In this document: positions 60,937 through 64,000 of the stretch, piece after piece | Numbering within the stretch: the stretch's first letter is position 1 | Layout of the letters: each line of letters opens with the position of its first letter | Source: Alphaproteobacteria bacterium | Lineage (GTDB): Bacteria; Pseudomonadota; Alphaproteobacteria; JAUHZC01 | Assembly: GCA_023898725.1 (NCBI GenBank) | Contig: CP060236.1 | Coordinates: forward strand, 672,852-736,851 | Direction: 5' to 3' | DNA length: 64,000 bases | Notes under the pieces: generated by a model | What the model was told of the DNA's origin: nothing | Databases searched by the model: none | Seen by the model: only the letters and a program-made list of their open reading frames with translations | Translations under genes and position numbers: made by a program

Positions 60937-63429
60937 ATGAGAAATTACATACGATTTTTTTTACTGTTACTTTTAAATATTTCTGTATATTCTAATCTTC
61001 AGGCAAAAGAGTCGATTGTTTTTTTTCAATCATCACATGCAGGAGTTAGTCAAGATTTACCTTTTGTAGTTACCAGCTCTAATAGACGGGCAAGTATTCA
61101 GGCAGCCCGGAAAAAACGCGCAGAAGAACGCCAAAAGGCCCGAGAAGCTGCAGCAGCAAAGCGCAAGGCCGATGCGGCAAAGCGCAGGGCTGATCGTGAA
61201 AAGAAAACTGCAAATAGAAAGTCTTCTACAAGGAGTAAATCTACTCGTCCTCGTATAAATCGTACTTCTAACCGCACCTCAAAGAGTACTAAGTCAAATA
61301 CACGTTCTGCGCGCACTGCTTCTAAAAAATCTACCAGGCCCACACGCAGCAGTAAAACATCGGTGAGTTCTTCGCGTGGTGCTAAAAAGAGGGCAGCTCC
61401 AGCTCGTGGGGGTTCTAAGAAAAGGGCAGCTCCGGCTCGTGGGGGTTCTAAGAAAAGGTCAGCTCCGGCCCGTGGGGGTGCTAAAAAAGATTCAGCTCCG
61501 GCTCGCGGGGGTGCTAAAAAGGGGGCAGCTCCGGCCCGTGGGGGTGCTAAAAAGAGGGCAGCTCCGGCCCGTGGGGGTTCTAAAAAAGGGGCAGCTCCGG
61601 CTCGTGGGGGTGCTAAAAAAGATTCAGCTCCGGCTCGTGGGGGTGCTAAAAAAGATTCAGCTCCGGCTCGCGGGGGTGCTAAAAAGGGGGCAGCTCCGGC
61701 TCGCGGGGGTGCTAAAAAGGGGGCAGCTCCGGCTCGCGGGGGTGCTAAAAAGGGGGCAGCTCCGGCCCGTGGAGGTTCTAAGAAAGCCGTCCGATCAGGG
61801 AAGAAAGATAATGAACCAGGCGATGATTCCGCCCGCGACAAGAAATCTGGCGGTTCGGATCAAAAGGGTTCTCGCAAAGGAAAAAGGAAGAAACAATCAG
61901 ACAATAGCCCTGACAGCGATGAACCAGGCGATGATTCCGCCCGCGACAAGCAGTCTGGCGGTTCGGATCAAAAGGGTTCTCGCAAAGGAAAAAGGAAGAA
62001 ACAATCAGACAATAGCCCTGACAGCGATGAACCAGGCGATGATTCCGCCCGCGACAAGCAGTCTGGCGGTTCGGATCAAAAGGGTTCTCGCAAAGGAAAA
62101 AGGAAGAAACAATCAGACAATAGCCCTGACAGCGATGAACCAGGCGATGATTCCGCCCGCGACAAGCAGTCTGGCGGTTCGGATCAAAAGGGTTCTCGCA
62201 AAGGAAAAAGGAAGAAACAATCAGACAATAGCCCTGACAGCGATGAACCAGGCGATGATTCCGCCCGCGACAAGCAGTCTGGCGGTTCGGATCAAAAGGG
62301 TTCTCGCAAAGGAAAAAGGAAGAAACAATCAGACAATAGCCCTGACAGCGATGAACCAGGCGATTTTTATGAATTAGATGAAGATTCCTACGATTTAGAG
62401 GGTAGTGATGATATTGAAGGTCCTCAGGAAAAAAGCTTTTTCGGTTCAGGTGAAACTTTTTCAGGCCTTACAGAAAAATCAAGTACTCTTGCTCAGCAAG
62501 CAAACGCTTCTACGGGAGGGCTTCTGGGACACGTTGCTAGGGGTATCGTGCAGGATGTTGTTCCTCAGAACATGCAGGAAGTTGCTGGGGCTGGGATGGC
62601 AGGTGATACCCAATCATTAGTTGGTATGGCAGCAGGTGTCGCTCCAGAAGGTTTTGTGCAGGACTATGCAAACAGTTATGCAGAAGGTGGTATGGAGGGA
62701 TTCCAGCAAGAAAGTCTTGGTATGGCAGCGCAGGTAGTTCCGGGAAGTGCTGGAAATGCGATCGAAGCGTATCAGCAAGGTGGCATGGAGGGATTCCAGC
62801 AAGAAAGTCTTGGTATGGCAGCGCAGGTAGTTCCGGGAAGTGCTGGGAATGCGATCGAAGCGTATCAGCAAGGTGGCATGGAGGGATTCCAGCAAGAAAG
62901 TCTTGGTATGGCAGCGCAGGTAGTTCCGGGAAGTGCTGGGAATGCGATCGAAGCGTATCAGCAAGGTGGCATGGAGGGATTCCAGCAAGAAAGTCTTGGT
63001 ATGGCAGCGCAGGTAGTTCCGGGAAGTGCTGGGAATGCGATCGAAGCGTATCACCAAGGTGGTATGGAGGGATTCCAACAAGAAAGTCTTGGTATGGCAG
63101 CGCAGGTGGGGGAATATGGATTCCCACAAGAATCATGGAACAAAAGTTTTGAGCATAACGAGGGTAGTGAATTTGGGACTAACGGGATGTTCGGTCTCAA
63201 TGCCGGACATGATGAAGGTTTTTACGAAGACCCCAACGCCGGCCACGGTTATGAACCCTATCAAGATTCCAATGCCGGATATGATGAAGGTTTTTACGAA
63301 GACCCCAACGCCGGCCACGGTTATGAACCCTATCAAGATTCCAATGCCGGATATGACGAAGGTTTTTACGAAGACCCCAATGCCTTCTATGGTGAGGGTT
63401 TTGACCAAAATTATGCTGGTGAGTACTAA
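60937..63429 (+). CDS. Large exported modular tandem-repeat protein (basic N-terminal half, acidic C-terminal half)
   Basis: 830 aa; signal peptide MRNYIRFFLLLLLNISVYSNLQA. Four different repeat families in series (see the repeat features). Preceded by a 155-nt AT-rich region with a poly-A tract. Confidence 0.65.
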   Translation: MRNYIRFFLLLLLNISVYSNLQAKESIVFFQSSHAGVSQDLPFVVTSSNRRASIQAARKKRAEERQKAREAAAAKRKADAAKRRADREKKTANRKSSTRSKSTRPRINRTSNRTSKSTKSNTRSARTASKKSTRPTRSSKTSVSSSRGAKKRAAPARGGSKKRAAPARGGSKKRSAPARGGAKKDSAPARGGAKKGAAPARGGAKKRAAPARGGSKKGAAPARGGAKKDSAPARGGAKKDSAPARGGAKKGAAPARGGAKKGAAPARGGAKKGAAPARGGSKKAVRSGKKDNEPGDDSARDKKSGGSDQKGSRKGKRKKQSDNSPDSDEPGDDSARDKQSGGSDQKGSRKGKRKKQSDNSPDSDEPGDDSARDKQSGGSDQKGSRKGKRKKQSDNSPDSDEPGDDSARDKQSGGSDQKGSRKGKRKKQSDNSPDSDEPGDDSARDKQSGGSDQKGSRKGKRKKQSDNSPDSDEPGDFYELDEDSYDLEGSDDIEGPQEKSFFGSGETFSGLTEKSSTLAQQANASTGGLLGHVARGIVQDVVPQNMQEVAGAGMAGDTQSLVGMAAGVAPEGFVQDYANSYAEGGMEGFQQESLGMAAQVVPGSAGNAIEAYQQGGMEGFQQESLGMAAQVVPGSAGNAIEAYQQGGMEGFQQESLGMAAQVVPGSAGNAIEAYQQGGMEGFQQESLGMAAQVVPGSAGNAIEAYHQGGMEGFQQESLGMAAQVGEYGFPQESWNKSFEHNEGSEFGTNGMFGLNAGHDEGFYEDPNAGHGYEPYQDSNAGYDEGFYEDPNAGHGYEPYQDSNAGYDEGFYEDPNAFYGEGFDQNYAGEY
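61384..61790 (+). repeat. 33-nt tandem repeat, about 12 copies (aa unit APARGG[AS]KK[RGD][AS])
   Basis: gggggtgctaaaaagggggcagctccggctcgc-type units, contiguous with no spacers. Confidence 0.85.
61813..62365 (+). repeat. 108-nt tandem repeat, 5 copies (aa unit EPGDDSARDKQSGGSDQKGSRKGKRKKQSDNSPDSD)
   Basis: Copies begin at 61813, 61921, 62029, 62137, 62245. Copies 2-5 are identical; copy 1 differs by 2 nt. Confidence 0.9.
62687..63110 (+). repeat. 93-nt tandem repeat, about 4.5 copies (aa unit GMEGFQQESLGMAAQVVPGSAGNAIEAYQQG)
   Basis: ttccagcaagaaagtcttggtatggcagcgcaggtagttccgggaagtgct… repeats with period 93. Confidence 0.9.
63205..63420 (+). repeat. 72-nt tandem repeat, about 3 copies (aa unit DEGFYEDPNAGHGYEPYQDSNAGY)
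   Basis: gatgaaggtttttacgaagaccccaacgccggccacggttatgaaccctatcaagattccaatgccggatat with period 72. Confidence 0.85.
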
Positions 63430-63527
63430 GCCCTGAGGAATGAAGGGACATTTCAATTATATTATTCATAATATCTTAACCAAACAATTCTACACTAAAG
63501 AAAACCACATTGTTTTGAGAGAGTATT

Positions 63528-64000
63528 ATGCGTAAAAAAACAAGTGTCCTTTCAGTATTTTTAGTATCATTGAGTCTATTTGGTTTTTCTCATGCTGTGG
63601 TGAAAGCTGAACCTTCTTCAGCGGCTCCTCGTCCTGTGCAAGCAACGGCGCGCAAACGTCCTACCGGTCCTGTTGGATCTCGTCCTGTCACAATGAACTA
63701 TTTGGCAGCGGCTAAGCGTGGGTCAGCGGCTCCTCGTCCTGTGCAGGCAACGGCGCGCAAACGTCCTACCGGTCCTGTTGGATCTCGTCCTGTCACAATG
63801 AACTATTTGGCAGCGGCTAAGCGTGGGTCAGCGGCTCCTCGTCCTGTGCAAGCAACGGCGCGCAAACGTCCTACCGGTCCTGTTGGATCTCGTCCTGTGA
63901 TGCCGTCTGGAATGGCTGGTCAGATTGCCAATTTTGATCGTAGCACGTTGCGTTCGGCTGGTTCTCCTGTGCCTTCTTCTGTGCCTTCTTCTGGTGGAGA
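63528..64000 (+). CDS. Second exported tandem-repeat protein (3-prime partial, runs off the window)
   Basis: ATG at 63528 after an SD-like gagag. Signal peptide MRKKTSVLSVFLVSLSLFGFSHA. 35-aa basic Pro-rich unit SAAPRPVQATARKRPTGPVGSRPVTMNYLAAAKRG repeated 3 times. Confidence 0.6.
   Translation, partial: MRKKTSVLSVFLVSLSLFGFSHAVVKAEPSSAAPRPVQATARKRPTGPVGSRPVTMNYLAAAKRGSAAPRPVQATARKRPTGPVGSRPVTMNYLAAAKRGSAAPRPVQATARKRPTGPVGSRPVMPSGMAGQIANFDRSTLRSAGSPVPSSVPSSGG
63621..63935 (+). repeat. 105-nt tandem repeat, 3 copies
   Basis: The gcggctcctcgtcctgtgca… unit recurs at 63621, 63726, 63831. Confidence 0.85.

Noticed and set aside
61384-63420. Regularly spaced direct repeats that could be mistaken for a CRISPR array
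   Set aside because: Repeats are contiguous with no unique spacers, are in-frame within a long ORF with signal peptide, and there are no cas genes. They are coding tandem repeats.
61098-63469. Long antisense and alternate-frame ORFs (61098-61841 minus, 61376-62377 plus, 62537-63136 minus, 62617-63129 minus, 63026-63436 plus, 63133-63456 minus)
   Set aside because: All lie inside the repeat blocks and merely reflect repeat periodicity keeping other frames open. The signal-peptide frame 60937-63429 is the coherent one.

Overview
This 64-kb window is a chromosomal segment of a moderate-GC alphaproteobacterium. The gene content points to Rhizobiales, possibly Bartonellaceae-like: an rkpK/lpsL-like sugar-nucleotide pair, an IalB-family protein, Omp25/Hbp-type beta-barrel OMPs, a split F0 / F1 ATP synthase and AddAB. 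No species call is possible without a database search. The backbone is ordinary housekeeping: pepA-holC-ndk, recR-ybaB-dnaX, atpF/F-prime/E/B, dapF-mtaB-ftsY, rpsD, a tRNA-Met(CAU), rpmH-rnpA-yidD-yidC-engB, xerC, priA, tsaE-addB-addA, accD, atpHAGDC, tag-rlmJ, sspB, a ubiH-family monooxygenase, a family-5 solute-binding protein, SURF1, dsbD and an MFS transporter. Several accessory blocks sit between these and encode only secreted or envelope proteins of unknown function. (1) A tightly packed seven-gene minus-strand operon at 14862-20109 encodes a MotB/TolR-like protein with the conserved transmembrane Asp, a long coiled coil and an OmpA-type peptidoglycan-binding domain. It is translationally coupled to a tiny 2-TM proline-containing membrane protein and followed by five signal-peptide coiled-coil or Cys-rich proteins. 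No MotA/ExbB/TolQ partner and no flagellar genes are in the window. (2) A secreted coiled-coil protein at 4102-5508 ends in a eukaryotic-style CaaX box (CCLIS). (3) A five-gene secretome island lies between addA and accD and includes two paralogous exported proteins. (4) An 830-aa exported protein is built from four different near-identical tandem-repeat families, followed by a second repeat protein. (5) An orphan pair of type-IV-pilin-like genes carries an atypical Ala at the -1 cleavage position. There is no CRISPR array, no transposase and no obvious prophage. All assignments rest on motif recognition by eye. Start codons are approximate where noted.
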